Positions 1-10,843 of a stretch of DNA of 64,000 nucleotides are shown piece by piece. Source of the stretch: Gemmataceae bacterium (lineage in GTDB: Bacteria; Planctomycetota; Planctomycetia; Gemmatales; Gemmataceae); contig SHZZ01000001.1 of NCBI GenBank assembly GCA_009692005.1, positions 198,171 through 262,170 on the forward strand. The letters are read 5' to 3'. The translations under genes and the position numbers were made by a program. How positions within the stretch are numbered: position 1 is the first letter of the stretch; every line of letters starts with the position of its first letter. The notes under the pieces are model-generated. The model was given only the letters and a program-made list of their open reading frames with translations. It ran no database searches and was not told the DNA's origin.

Positions 1-353
1 AAAACATCCACCGGGAAAAACTGCATCGGCATGTTATCGAGGCCAGCAAGCAATGCGAACGGAATGTCCTCATGGACATCGGCGAGCCATGCGACTTGCC
101 CAAGGCCATGGAGCTAATGCAAACGCTGGAGAAAAAATGGATCGCGCAATCGCGGCTGGATAATCCCTCCGCCTATGAAACCGCAGGTGAAAACCGGGTC
201 GGCTTATTAATCGGGCCGGAAGGAGGGTTTTCGCCCTCCGAGTTTGCTATGGCTGTTTCCCAAGGCTGGAAACCGTTTTCCCTTGGTCCCCGGATTCTTC
301 GAATGGAAACGGCCGCCATTCTTGCAGCCGGTATTGCCGTGGCCAATTCGTAA
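1..353 (+). CDS. rsmE: 16S rRNA (uracil1498-N3)-methyltransferase RsmE, C-terminal part (5' end lies outside the window)
   Basis: The reading frame is open to the window edge (frame 3). It translates as ...EKLHRHVIEASKQCERN... then GLLIGPEGGFSPSEF...GPRILRMETA, the C-terminal SPOUT/RsmE signature. Confidence 0.8.
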   Translation, partial: NIHREKLHRHVIEASKQCERNVLMDIGEPCDLPKAMELMQTLEKKWIAQSRLDNPSAYETAGENRVGLLIGPEGGFSPSEFAMAVSQGWKPFSLGPRILRMETAAILAAGIAVANS

Positions 354-360
354 AAGTGCT

Positions 361-1212
361 TCAGCTTTTTTCGCAATAATCAACCAAGGCCGCGACTTCG
401 GTCCTTAGTTGTGACCGGTGGACAATCCGGTCAATGAATCCATGCTGCAAAAGAAATTCGCTGGTTTGGAAACCTTCAGGAAGTTCCAGGCGAACGGTGT
501 TCCAAATGGTGCGTCTTCCCGCGAAGCCAATCAGGGCGCCAGGTTCAGCCAGAGTCAGGTCCCCTTGAAAAGCGAAACTGGCGGCTGCACCTCCCATGGT
601 GGGATTGGTCAAAATACTGATGTATAAACAGCCAGATTGCTGGTGTCTGGCAATGGCGGCGGATACCTTGGCCATTTGCATTAAGGAGAGAATTCCCTCT
701 TGCATGCGCGCTCCGCCACCCGAACCGCTGACGAAAATTAACGGCAAGCGCAGCCGGGTTGCTTCCTCGGCGCAGCGGCTGAGTTTTTCTCCCACAACTG
801 AGCCCATGCTTCCCGCCATGAAAGCGAAATCTGTTATCCCCACCGCGACGGGCCGACCGCGAATGAAACCGCGGCCAACGGCGGCGGCATCGAATTGCAT
901 GGTTTTTGCCTGTTCGGCCTCAATCCGTTCCTGGTAGGAAATCCGGTCTTTAAACCCGAGTGGATCGCAGGGCCTGCAATCGCGGAACCATTCCTCAAAA
1001 CTGTCCGCGTCCAATAATTGAGCTATTCGTTCCACGGTGGGAATGTATAAATGGTGGTCGCATTCCGGGCAGACATTTAAGCGGGCCTCGACTTCTTTGC
1101 GAAATAAACTGGCTTTACAATTTGGGCAGCGGATCCATAAACCTTCGGGAACGCCCCGCTTGGGCCGTCCGGAAAGCGCCTTGCCAGGCTGGTTGGATTC
1201 TTTGGAACTCAT
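361..1212 (-). CDS. accD: acetyl-CoA carboxylase carboxyltransferase beta subunit
   Basis: 283 aa. An N-terminal four-Cys zinc ribbon (CPNC...CPEC) is followed by the carboxyltransferase core ([24 protein letters not shown]). Confidence 0.93.
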   Translation of the reverse strand: MSSKESNQPGKALSGRPKRGVPEGLWIRCPNCKASLFRKEVEARLNVCPECDHHLYIPTVERIAQLLDADSFEEWFRDCRPCDPLGFKDRISYQERIEAEQAKTMQFDAAAVGRGFIRGRPVAVGITDFAFMAGSMGSVVGEKLSRCAEEATRLRLPLIFVSGSGGGARMQEGILSLMQMAKVSAAIARHQQSGCLYISILTNPTMGGAAASFAFQGDLTLAEPGALIGFAGRRTIWNTVRLELPEGFQTSEFLLQHGFIDRIVHRSQLRTEVAALVDYCEKS

Positions 1213-1345
1213 GGAAAATCAGTGAATGCCTGGTGCCGAGGTAAATGGGTGGGGAGACAATCCATCGCCCCTGGAAGGTGCAATTATACAAAATAAGCAG
1301 GGTAAAAAGGCTGGTATTTTTGGTGAGAGAGGCATTCTTCTTGCT

Positions 1346-1379
1346 AAACATTACTAATATGATAATATTAGTAATGTTT
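1346..1379. promoter_or_regulatory. perfect 34-bp dyad (15-bp arms, 4-nt spacer), candidate operator or start-codon-sequestering hairpin
   Basis: AAACATTACTAATAT-GATA-ATATTAGTAATGTTT. The arms are exact reverse complements, checked base by base. The dyad lies in the divergent accD/sulfate-operon spacer and covers the ATGs at 1359 and 1374. Confidence 0.6.
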
Positions 1380-2453
1380 GGTTTAACTGGGGATCTCGTG
1401 GTTAATGCGTTCTTTACTTCCTGGCTTGCTTCCGGGTGGCTCCTTGGCGGAGTCGCTGCAACCTTGCTACTTTTCTTATCGATTCAACCCCTGACCAAAC
1501 CGAAAAATCATTCCGCCACCTCTATTCTCCATGTCTCTTATGATTCCACCCGGGAGGTCATTCAAGAAATTAATAAGGAATTTGCCAAGAAGTGGAAACA
1601 GGATTTTGGGCTAGATATCCTTGTCGGACAATCCAACGGCGGGTCTGGCAGCCAGGCCAGGTCGCTCCTTGATGGGCTGCCTGGAGATGTGACTTCCTTG
1701 GCCATCTATCCCGATATGGCGGCGGTTGGCGCCAAGGGGTTGTTACCCAAGAATTGGCAGGAAAGGCCAGGAGTGAAAACACCCCCCTGGAGCACCTTGA
1801 TCGTTTTTTTAGTGCGGTCGGGAAATCCGAAGAGTATTAGGAATTGGAGAGACCTGACCAGGGATGGTGTGTCGGTGGTTTTGCCCAGTCCCAAAATCTC
1901 AGGAAATGGCAAATTGGCTTTCCTTGGAGGCTGGGGGGATGCCTATTTGAAAAACCGCAGCACGGAAGAAGCCAACGCTTACATTCAAAGGTTGTACAGA
2001 AATGTTCCGGTTATGGATGCTTCCGCCAGGGCCACGGCGGCGACCTTTTTTCAAAAGGGAATTGGCGATGTCATGGTTGCCTGGGAAAACGAAGCCATGA
2101 TGGCAATCCAGGAATCTATGAATCAATTGGAATTGGTTTACCCTTCCAGAACTTTTAAAGCTAGCCCGCCTATTTGCCTTGTAGAAACGGTGGCGGACAA
2201 ACACGGCACCAAGGAAATTGCCGAGGAATACATAAGCTATTTCTATTCTCCCCAGGCGCAGCGAATCCTGGCGCGGTTTGGTTTCCGGCCAGTTCATGAA
2301 GAAATTTTCCAAGAGTGCGCTGGTAAATTTCCCCAGGTAAAACAGTTTTCCTTGAATGATTTGGGCCTGGACTGGGGTAGAGCCCAGGAACTTTTTTTTC
2401 GCGAGGGAGCCTTGTTCGACCAAGTGTTTCTTGAGATTTCCAAAAGAAAATGA
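1359..2453 (+). CDS. cysP: sulfate/thiosulfate ABC transporter substrate-binding protein
   Basis: The ORF is open from 1245. The mature part (ILHVSYDSTRE..., GGSGSQARSLLDGLPGDV...) is Sbp/CysP-like and heads the cysT-cysW-cysA genes. The start is uncertain (ATG at 1245, 1359 or 1374). Confidence 0.85.
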   Translation: MIILVMFGLTGDLVVNAFFTSWLASGWLLGGVAATLLLFLSIQPLTKPKNHSATSILHVSYDSTREVIQEINKEFAKKWKQDFGLDILVGQSNGGSGSQARSLLDGLPGDVTSLAIYPDMAAVGAKGLLPKNWQERPGVKTPPWSTLIVFLVRSGNPKSIRNWRDLTRDGVSVVLPSPKISGNGKLAFLGGWGDAYLKNRSTEEANAYIQRLYRNVPVMDASARATAATFFQKGIGDVMVAWENEAMMAIQESMNQLELVYPSRTFKASPPICLVETVADKHGTKEIAEEYISYFYSPQAQRILARFGFRPVHEEIFQECAGKFPQVKQFSLNDLGLDWGRAQELFFREGALFDQVFLEISKRK

Positions 2454-2477
2454 GGCCGACTGGAATTTCACTTAGCC

Positions 2478-3299
2478 ATGAAGAATAACACCCGAAACGC
2501 GTTGCCCGGCCTTTCCCTTAGCCTGGGCTACTCCATGACTTATCTTTCACTTCTCGTATTGATTCCGCTTTCGGCCTGTTTTTTAAAAACAGCCACCCTT
2601 TCCTGGAAGGAAATGGGAGATGTGGTTTGGAGCCAAAGGACTTTGTCGGCATATTCCCTGACCTTTTCGTCAGCGTTTTTCGCGGCAGTGATCAACATGG
2701 TTCTTGGGTTTTGGGTGGCCTGGGTTCTGGTTCGTTACGAATTTCCGGGCAAGCGACTTCTGGATTCTTTGGTGGATCTGCCCTTGGCGTTGCCCACCGC
2801 CGTGGCCGGCCTGGTCTATTCCAGCCTGTATGTGGAAAACGGCTGGTTTGGCCGTTTCCTGGTCCCCTTGGGTATTGAAGGCGCTTACTCAAAGTTTGGC
2901 ATTGTCTGGGTTTTGGTATTCACGGGGTTTCCTTTTGTGGTCCGGACGGTACAGCCGGTGCTGGAAGAAATCGAACCGGAAGTGGAAGAAGCAGCCAGGA
3001 TCATGGGCGCCAGCCGCTGGCAAGTGTTTACCCGCATTTTGTTTCCCATGGTGTTCCCTGCCCTGTTAACGGGATTCGCTCAGGCGTTTGCGCGGGGACT
3101 GGGTGAATACGGTTCCGTGGTTTTTGTTTCCAGCAATATTCCCTTCGTATCGGAAATGGCGCCTGTATTAATCGTGGCACGGCTGGAGGAAATGGCCTAC
3201 GCGGAGGCTACCGCCATTGCCACGGTTTTGCTGATTGCTTCTTTTACCATGCTGGCAATGATCAATGTTTTGGAAGCCTGGAGCAAACGCCGTGGTTAA
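2478..3299 (+). CDS. cysT: sulfate ABC transporter permease CysT
   Basis: 273-aa multi-TM ABC permease with an EAA-type loop (EEAARIMGASRWQVFTRILFP). It sits immediately after the binding-protein gene. Confidence 0.9.
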   Translation: MKNNTRNALPGLSLSLGYSMTYLSLLVLIPLSACFLKTATLSWKEMGDVVWSQRTLSAYSLTFSSAFFAAVINMVLGFWVAWVLVRYEFPGKRLLDSLVDLPLALPTAVAGLVYSSLYVENGWFGRFLVPLGIEGAYSKFGIVWVLVFTGFPFVVRTVQPVLEEIEPEVEEAARIMGASRWQVFTRILFPMVFPALLTGFAQAFARGLGEYGSVVFVSSNIPFVSEMAPVLIVARLEEMAYAEATAIATVLLIASFTMLAMINVLEAWSKRRG

Positions 3300-4167
3300 A
3301 GACACCAGGACCATTCCGATCCATCAAATAAGAAAAGGCGAACCGGCCTGGGTCAAGGCGTTGCTGATCACTGGCGCCATTGGCATCCTGGTAATCCTCA
3401 TCGGCATCCCGGTGCTCCATGTTTTTTACCGTGCTTTTGAAAATGGATTGAAGGCCTATTGGACCAGCCTTACGGGCAACCGGGATACCCTCCACTCCAT
3501 TTGGCTGACCTTATCCATCGCGCCCAGGGCGGTATTGCTCAATTTGATCTTTGGTGTGGCGGCGGCCTGGGCTGTGGCCCGTTTCAGGTTTCCCGGTCGG
3601 ACTTTTTTTCTCGCGCTGATAGACCTTCCGCTGGCTATTTCCCCTGTGGTGGCGGGTCTGTTTTTTGTTTTGCTCTTTGGCATGAATGGTTGGTTTGGTG
3701 AATGGCTGGACGCTCATGGCCTGCAGGTTTTGTTTGGAACACCGGCCCTGGTTTTGGCCACCAGTTTCGTCACGCTGCCTTTTATTGTCAGGGAACTCAT
3801 ACCCGTTATGGAAGCGTATGGCGACGAGGAGGAATTGGCTGGCATCAGCTTGGGTGCCAGCGGCTGGCAAATGTTTTGGCGTATTACCCTGCCGAACATC
3901 CGCTGGGGGCTCCTCTATGGCATGATCTTGTGCAATGCTCGGGCCATGGGAGAATATGGCGCAGTCTACATGATTTCCGGTCGAATTTCCGGCTTAAACG
4001 ATACCATGCCTCTCCGGGTGGAGAAGCTGTTTCAGGAATACGACATGGCCGGGGCCTTTGCCCTGGCTTCCTTGCTGACCCTGCTTTCCCTGGTTACTTT
4101 GGGGCTGAAAACCTTTTTGGATAAAAAATATCCTGTCCATGAAAAAAGCAAAGAGGGCCAGGAATGA
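3265..4167 (+). CDS. cysW: sulfate ABC transporter permease CysW
   Basis: 300 aa and the second permease of the operon ([22 protein letters not shown]). It overlaps the cysT end and shares an ATGA junction with cysA. The exact start is uncertain. Confidence 0.88.
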   Translation: MFWKPGANAVVKDTRTIPIHQIRKGEPAWVKALLITGAIGILVILIGIPVLHVFYRAFENGLKAYWTSLTGNRDTLHSIWLTLSIAPRAVLLNLIFGVAAAWAVARFRFPGRTFFLALIDLPLAISPVVAGLFFVLLFGMNGWFGEWLDAHGLQVLFGTPALVLATSFVTLPFIVRELIPVMEAYGDEEELAGISLGASGWQMFWRITLPNIRWGLLYGMILCNARAMGEYGAVYMISGRISGLNDTMPLRVEKLFQEYDMAGAFALASLLTLLSLVTLGLKTFLDKKYPVHEKSKEGQE

Positions 4168-5219
4168 GCATTACGGTCAAGAATGTTTCAAAGCGGTTTG
4201 GCCATTTCCAGGCCCTGGATCGGGTGTCTATGGAGGTCCCCTCGGGCACCCTGGTGGCCTTGTTGGGGCCGTCGGGTTCTGGGAAAACCACCTTGCTGCG
4301 AGTCATTGCCGGCCTGGAAACCCCTGACGACGGCACGGTGCTTTATCAAGACCAGGAAGTCACTTCCCAATCCGCCAGGGACAGAAATGTCGGCTTTGTT
4401 TTTCAGCATTACGCCCTGTTCCGCCATATGACCGTTTTTGACAATATTGGCTTCGGCTTGTCGGTGCGGAAATGGCCCAAGGAAAAAATTGCTCAAAGGG
4501 TCAACGAACTTCTACACCTTATCCGCTTGGAAGGTTTAGAGGGCCGTTATCCGAACCAATTATCCGGCGGGCAGCGCCAGCGGGTGGCCCTGGCCCGGGC
4601 TCTGGCTGCGCAACCCAAGGTGCTCCTCCTTGACGAGCCTTTCGGCGCCTTGGATGCCAAGGTGCGCATTGAGTTGCGCGAATGGCTACGCCGATTGCAC
4701 GATGAAATTCATGTCACGAGTATTTTTGTCACACACGACCAGGACGAGGCCTTTGCTGTGGCCGACCGCGTGGTCGTCTTGCGTGACGGCCGCATTGAAC
4801 AAATGGGCCCGCCAACCGAAGTTTATGAACACCCGGCCAACGCCTTTGTCATGGATTTCCTTGGGCAGGTCAATGTCTTCCAGGGCACTGCCAGTGAGAG
4901 CGGTCCGCAAATCACCGGGTTTAGCGATGTCAAAGGCACGCCCGTGAAAGATTTTTGCTCGAACACCATTTATGTCCGGCCGTTTGACTTGGACATTGTT
5001 CACGAATTAAACGGACAGGCTGGATTGGCTGGAAAAATCATTCACATTACCCCGGCGGGCGGCGTCGTCCGCGTTCACCTGCAAGACTTGCATTCCACCG
5101 CCCGGGTTCTGGTAGAAATGAACTTTGCCCGACTCAAGGAAATGGGCCTGACCGTTGGCAAACAAGTGGGAATTGTGCCCAAGAAGGCCAGGATCTTTAC
5201 TCCCGATTACATGATTTAG
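4164..5219 (+). CDS. cysA: sulfate ABC transporter ATP-binding protein CysA
   Basis: Walker [10 protein letters not shown], signature LSGGQRQR and Walker B LLLDEPF, plus a C-terminal regulatory tail as in CysA. Confidence 0.93.
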   Translation: MSITVKNVSKRFGHFQALDRVSMEVPSGTLVALLGPSGSGKTTLLRVIAGLETPDDGTVLYQDQEVTSQSARDRNVGFVFQHYALFRHMTVFDNIGFGLSVRKWPKEKIAQRVNELLHLIRLEGLEGRYPNQLSGGQRQRVALARALAAQPKVLLLDEPFGALDAKVRIELREWLRRLHDEIHVTSIFVTHDQDEAFAVADRVVVLRDGRIEQMGPPTEVYEHPANAFVMDFLGQVNVFQGTASESGPQITGFSDVKGTPVKDFCSNTIYVRPFDLDIVHELNGQAGLAGKIIHITPAGGVVRVHLQDLHSTARVLVEMNFARLKEMGLTVGKQVGIVPKKARIFTPDYMI

Positions 5220-5253
5220 TTCTTAAGGGCTGAAGTGCTGTGCTAGAGAATGT

Positions 5254-5697
5254 TCACTTTGGGGAAGCCAAGTCCTGCAACAATCCTTTAACTTTTTCTG
5301 AAATCAAGTCGCGCACCTGGTTAAATTCACCTGGGGGAAGTTCCTTCGGGTCGGGGATTTCCCAGGCGAAGCGGCGCTTGGCCATAATCAGCGGGCATTC
5401 ATCGCCGCAGCCCATGGTTACAGCCGCGTCGAAATCTTGGCCTTTGAAACTTTCCAACCCTTTGGATTGATGTGCAGTTAAGTCGTAGCCCGTTTCCTTC
5501 ATTGCCGCAACTGCCTTGGGGTTGATTTTTCCCGATGGGCGGGAACCCGCGCTATGGGCCTCCACTTCCTCCCCGCCATGGATTCTGGCAAAGGCCTCGG
5601 CCATTTGGCTGCGGTTGGAGTTCTCCACGCAAACGAATATCACTCGGATTGGAATGTTAAATCTCAGGCTTTGGCGGCGCAGGCTGGTTTTGGTCAT
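5254..5697 (-). CDS. arsC: arsenate reductase, low-molecular-weight phosphatase (ArsC) family
   Basis: P-loop CVENSNRSQMAE and a downstream GCGDECP cysteine pair. The start is uncertain. ATG 5697 overlaps the upstream MIP gene by 41 nt, GTG 5643 is an alternative, and the ORF is open to 5754. Confidence 0.8.
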   Translation of the reverse strand: MTKTSLRRQSLRFNIPIRVIFVCVENSNRSQMAEAFARIHGGEEVEAHSAGSRPSGKINPKAVAAMKETGYDLTAHQSKGLESFKGQDFDAAVTMGCGDECPLIMAKRRFAWEIPDPKELPPGEFNQVRDLISEKVKGLLQDLASPK

Positions 5698-6328
5698 GAA
5701 TAAAATGAGAGCAAAGAACTCCCAGCAACGCTCCGGCGATTGGCCCCGCCACATAAACCCAGATATCCCGAGTGTTGCCGGACACGAAACCGGGAGCCAA
5801 GGACCTGGCGGGGTTCATGCTGGCGCCGGAAATGGGACCAGCAAACATGGCTTCCAGGGCAATGACACCGCCAATAACCACGCCGGCAAGGGCGCTATTT
5901 CCTTTCTGCCCTTTGACGAAGGCCAGAACTGTGAACAGCAAAAAAAGGGTGAGAATAATTTCTAGCATGAACGACTGGCAAGCTGAGCCGCGCGGAATTG
6001 TTTCCCCCAAGGTTTTTGCCTCGGGAAAAAGCGTCCTCAGTAAAAGGCTGGCCAGGAAAGCCCCGGCTAATTGTGCGGAAATGTAGGGCAGAACCCAGCG
6101 CCCTTCGAACTTCCGGGAAAAGTACAGGCCAACGGTAACCGCAGGATTGATATGGCAGCCCGAGACATCCCCGGTGGCATGGATTAGCGCCGTGACTACC
6201 AGGCCGAAAACCAGGGAAATCCCCAGGTGGGTGACCGTGCCTCCAGTTACATCATTAATTACCACGGCACCAGTGCCGGCAAAAATCAGGATGAATGTAG
6301 CCAGCATTTCTGCCGCGAATTTCTTCAA
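5657..6328 (-). CDS. MIP-family channel (aquaporin/aquaglyceroporin)
   Basis: 223-aa membrane protein with two NPA boxes (HINPAVT and SMNPARS). Confidence 0.88.
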   Translation of the reverse strand: MKKFAAEMLATFILIFAGTGAVVINDVTGGTVTHLGISLVFGLVVTALIHATGDVSGCHINPAVTVGLYFSRKFEGRWVLPYISAQLAGAFLASLLLRTLFPEAKTLGETIPRGSACQSFMLEIILTLFLLFTVLAFVKGQKGNSALAGVVIGGVIALEAMFAGPISGASMNPARSLAPGFVSGNTRDIWVYVAGPIAGALLGVLCSHFIHDQNQPAPPKPEI

Positions 6329-6458
6329 GTTGGCGCCCTCTGCTTACAGTTCCATGCCGTTTCCCAATCACCAAGCGGCCATTGTTGCAAAAAGGCTTGC
6401 TGATTCCATAGTTTTCTGAAGCAGAGAGCGTGAACGATTTATGGAATTGCCTGATAAT

Positions 6459-7649
6459 TTATTTGTCTTCAATTTCCCCAAGTGCGGCAAAGGGTTTTCC
6501 TTCGATGTATTCCAAAAAGGCGCCTCCTCCCGTGGAGACATGCTTCATCTTTTCCGCCAGGCCAAATTCCTCCACCGCCTCCGCCGTTTCCCCGCCTCCC
6601 ACCACAGTAATTCCTTTGGAGGATGCCATGGCCTGGGCCATGGCTCGCGTTCCCTTGGAATAGGGTTCGTCTTCGAATTTGCCCACCGGGCCATTCCATA
6701 CGATGGTGGCCGCCTGGGCAATTTCCGCCGTGTAGCGGTTGATCGTCTGCGGTCCAATGTCCACACCGATCCAGCCGTCGGGAATTTCACCGGTGAATTC
6801 CCGGGCGGTTGACGAGTCATCCAGTTTTTGAACAGCCAGGTGGTCGATGGGCAGTTCGATTTTTCCTTTCCCCGCTTGAAGGAGCTCACGGGCCAATTCC
6901 AGCTTGTCAGCTTCCAGCCGCGAGGCCCCAATGTTTTTCCCCTGGGCTTTCAAAAATGTGTAGGTCATGGCCCCGCCAATGAGTACTTTGTCCGCCCGTT
7001 CCAAAAGCGCGTGAATGAATTTGATTTTGTCGGAGACTTTTCCTCCGCCCAGAATTCCCAACATGGGTCGGGGAGGATGAGAAAGGAGTTGTTGCAGTAT
7101 GGCCAATTCCTTGGCGACCAGGGTTCCCACGACCCGCGGCTTGCCTTTCATGGCGGCGGGAACTCCCAGCATTGTGGAATCACGGCGGTGGCAAGTGCCG
7201 AAGGCATCGTTTACATAAACATCGCCAAGGCTGGCGATCTCGGCGGCAAACGCCAGGTCGCTCGTTTGCTCTCCCGCATGGAATCGGACATTTTCCAGGA
7301 CCAAAACCTGTCCTCCTTGAAGGGCAGCAACGGCTTCCTTGACCTGCTGGCCAACCACGCCATCGGCTTTCCGCACCGGCGAGCCCAAGAGTTCCCCAAG
7401 CCGGGCCGCCACCTTATCCATGCGGAAAATGGCATCCTTCTCGGGGTCGCCCGTGGGCCGGCCCAGGTGGCTCATGGCCACAACGGCTGCCCCTTTTTCG
7501 AGAAGAGTGCGGATCGTCGGCAGGGCGCCGCGGATCCGCCGATCGTTGCTGATGTCTCCCTTGCCATCCTGAGGGACATTGAAATCGACTCGGACCAGCA
7601 CCTTTTTCCCCTGAAGGTTGCCCAAGTCACTGATTTCTTTTTTTGCCAT
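6459..7649 (-). CDS. pgk: phosphoglycerate kinase
   Basis: MAKKEISDL...KVLVRVDFNVP N-terminus and full-length PGK architecture. The start is set at ATG 7649 because the upstream ATG at 7691 lies inside a terminator hairpin. Confidence 0.95.
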   Translation of the reverse strand: MAKKEISDLGNLQGKKVLVRVDFNVPQDGKGDISNDRRIRGALPTIRTLLEKGAAVVAMSHLGRPTGDPEKDAIFRMDKVAARLGELLGSPVRKADGVVGQQVKEAVAALQGGQVLVLENVRFHAGEQTSDLAFAAEIASLGDVYVNDAFGTCHRRDSTMLGVPAAMKGKPRVVGTLVAKELAILQQLLSHPPRPMLGILGGGKVSDKIKFIHALLERADKVLIGGAMTYTFLKAQGKNIGASRLEADKLELARELLQAGKGKIELPIDHLAVQKLDDSSTAREFTGEIPDGWIGVDIGPQTINRYTAEIAQAATIVWNGPVGKFEDEPYSKGTRAMAQAMASSKGITVVGGGETAEAVEEFGLAEKMKHVSTGGGAFLEYIEGKPFAALGEIEDK

Positions 7650-7662
7650 CTGCTGCCCTTTC

Positions 7663-7693
7663 AAAAAAAAAGGGTGAGCATGGCAGCTCACCC
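7663..7693 (-). terminator. intrinsic terminator/attenuator between gap and pgk
   Basis: The minus strand reads GGGTGAGC-TGCCAT-GCTCACCC followed by nine T residues. That is a perfect 8-bp GC-rich stem. Confidence 0.7.
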
Positions 7694-7713
7694 TTGGCGA
7701 ATTTAAAATAGCG

Positions 7714-8814
<1,101 letters not shown>

Positions 8815-8929
8815 TCAACACCGGGTTGCATGCGCAATTCTTGGCAATAAACTATGATTTTACTTGCTGAAGTCGAGGGGAACCTCGTTTGCCAAGCCAA
8901 GAGTCCGATTTATCTTTAAGGGGGAAGCC

Positions 8930-9919
8930 ATGGCAGGAGTGATTCGTGTGGCGGTTACAGGAGCCGCGGGGCAAGTGGCCTATTCCATGCTGGCCCGGCT
9001 GGCATCTGGTGAAGTTTTTGGACCGCAAAACCAGGTGGTTCTGCAACTCCTGGAGATTACTCCGGCGATGCCCGCACTGGAAGGGGTGGCCATGGAACTC
9101 GAGGATTGTGCTTTCCCCAACTTGAAAGAGATTATCCTTTCCGATTCACCGGAAAAGGCCTTTGACGGCGTCAACTGGGCGATGCTGGTTGGCTCCTTCC
9201 CTCGCAAGCAAGGGATGGAACGGAAAGAACTTTTGGGAATCAATGGGAAGATTTTTGTCAGCCAGGGAAAAGCTTTGGCCGCCAAAGCCGCCGCGGATGT
9301 CCGCGTCCTGGTGGTGGGAAATCCTTGCAATACCAATTGCCTGGTGGCTCGTGCCAATGGTCGCGAGATTCCCGCTGAGCGCTGGTCGGCCATGACCCGG
9401 TTGGACCATAACCGGGCGCAATCGGCCCTGGCGAAAAAAGCCGGGGTGCTTCCTGGCGATGTTACCCGAGTCACCATTTGGGGAAACCACAGCAATACGC
9501 AATTCCCCGATTTTGCCAATGCCCGCATTCAAGGAAAGCCTGCGGAGCAGGTGATTGGCGACCGCATTTGGCTGGAGGATACCTTTGTACCCATGGTGCA
9601 AACGCGAGGGGCGGCGGTAATCAAGGCCCGCGGTTTGAGTTCCGCCATGTCGGCCGCAAACGGCGCCCTAAGTCATGTGAAAAGCCTGTTGAAACCGACC
9701 GCTCAGAACGACTGGGTCAGCATGGCGGTGGTTTCCAATGGGGAATATGGGATCCCGGCCGGCATGATCTTTGGTTATCCCTGCACGACGGATGGCCAAG
9801 GCAATTACCAGATCGTTGCCGGTTTAGAACATGACGCTTTTGCTCAAGGGAAAATCCAAACAACCTTGCAGGAATTGCGCGAAGAAATGGACGCGGTTAA
9901 GGACCTATTGCCTGGCTAA
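8930..9919 (+). CDS. mdh: malate dehydrogenase
   Basis: MAGVIRVAVTGAAGQ Rossmann N-terminus, preceded by AAGGGGGA. The LDH/MDH core includes VVGNPCNTN and the WGNHSNTQ motif. The ORF is open from 8864. Confidence 0.93.
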   Translation: MAGVIRVAVTGAAGQVAYSMLARLASGEVFGPQNQVVLQLLEITPAMPALEGVAMELEDCAFPNLKEIILSDSPEKAFDGVNWAMLVGSFPRKQGMERKELLGINGKIFVSQGKALAAKAAADVRVLVVGNPCNTNCLVARANGREIPAERWSAMTRLDHNRAQSALAKKAGVLPGDVTRVTIWGNHSNTQFPDFANARIQGKPAEQVIGDRIWLEDTFVPMVQTRGAAVIKARGLSSAMSAANGALSHVKSLLKPTAQNDWVSMAVVSNGEYGIPAGMIFGYPCTTDGQGNYQIVAGLEHDAFAQGKIQTTLQELREEMDAVKDLLPG

Positions 9920-9934
9920 AATCCGTAAATGATT

Positions 9935-10783
9935 TTAACGGACGCTACTCAAAGTTTCACGAAACACCGAGTGAAACCGATAGGAACTGCCTTCTCCTTG
10001 GTGTCCTTTGATGGTCCTGTCGGTTTTTAAAACCGCCTCTTTGAGAATCCCCGCCTGAGTGTCTAGAACCGCTTCCCCCTCCGGGAGAAAGGGTAAAAGC
10101 GGGATCCAGTCAGCTTCATTGGCTGGCGCGGCTTTAAGTTGCGTGGTTATCTTGATGGTGGTCAACTGGTTTTGCAAATCGGTGCATTCAAACCGCTGAG
10201 TCGTCTCGAATTTTTCTCCCGTTCCCTGTGGCGGGTCCAGGGTGATGGTAAAATCCCTGACCCAGGCCAAATCCTTGCTGATTTTTCCTTCTGGAACAAC
10301 CAGCGAAAAGGGAAGCTCAACTTTGTATTTTTCCGCCGCGCCAAAGTTCGATTCCTTCACTCCACGCAACCGCCCCTGGGTGTCCAAGAAAACGACAGCG
10401 ATTTTACCCGTCGTATATTTTTCCAGTTGTGCTTTCAGCTCCTTCGATCCTTCACCAGGTTTTGTGGAATCATAACTCAGGGTTTCCCCCTTGGGAGAAG
10501 TGGTTTCCATTTTGATCGTGGGGATGGTCAGGGTTAAAGTGGCGATGCCATTGGGGGTGACTTTCTCCACCTGCCAGCGTTTTTGCAGGTCCAGGCGGTT
10601 TTTGAATTCTGTTGTGGAATCCCCAACTTTTTCCTGAACCTCAGTGACATGTTGAACCTGGTAATGCAATACTTGCCCAGGTTTCCATTTAAAGGCGCCG
10701 GGCTCTTGAGAAAAAGCCTTGGTGAATTGCAGAAAACCCAGGCCGAGAATCAAGGCGGCCAAGGTGTGTATTCCGCGAATCAT
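9935..10783 (-). CDS. hypothetical secreted protein (beta-rich)
   Basis: Signal-peptide-like MIRGIHTLAALILGLGFLQFTKAFS after a GGAGG site. I recognise no family. The ORF is open to 10831. Confidence 0.6.
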   Translation of the reverse strand: MIRGIHTLAALILGLGFLQFTKAFSQEPGAFKWKPGQVLHYQVQHVTEVQEKVGDSTTEFKNRLDLQKRWQVEKVTPNGIATLTLTIPTIKMETTSPKGETLSYDSTKPGEGSKELKAQLEKYTTGKIAVVFLDTQGRLRGVKESNFGAAEKYKVELPFSLVVPEGKISKDLAWVRDFTITLDPPQGTGEKFETTQRFECTDLQNQLTTIKITTQLKAAPANEADWIPLLPFLPEGEAVLDTQAGILKEAVLKTDRTIKGHQGEGSSYRFHSVFRETLSSVR

Positions 10784-10843
10784 GGCAATCCTCCATTCAA
10801 GAAAACTTGTTGAAGGAATGTAGCAAACCATCGGGTTTTTTAC

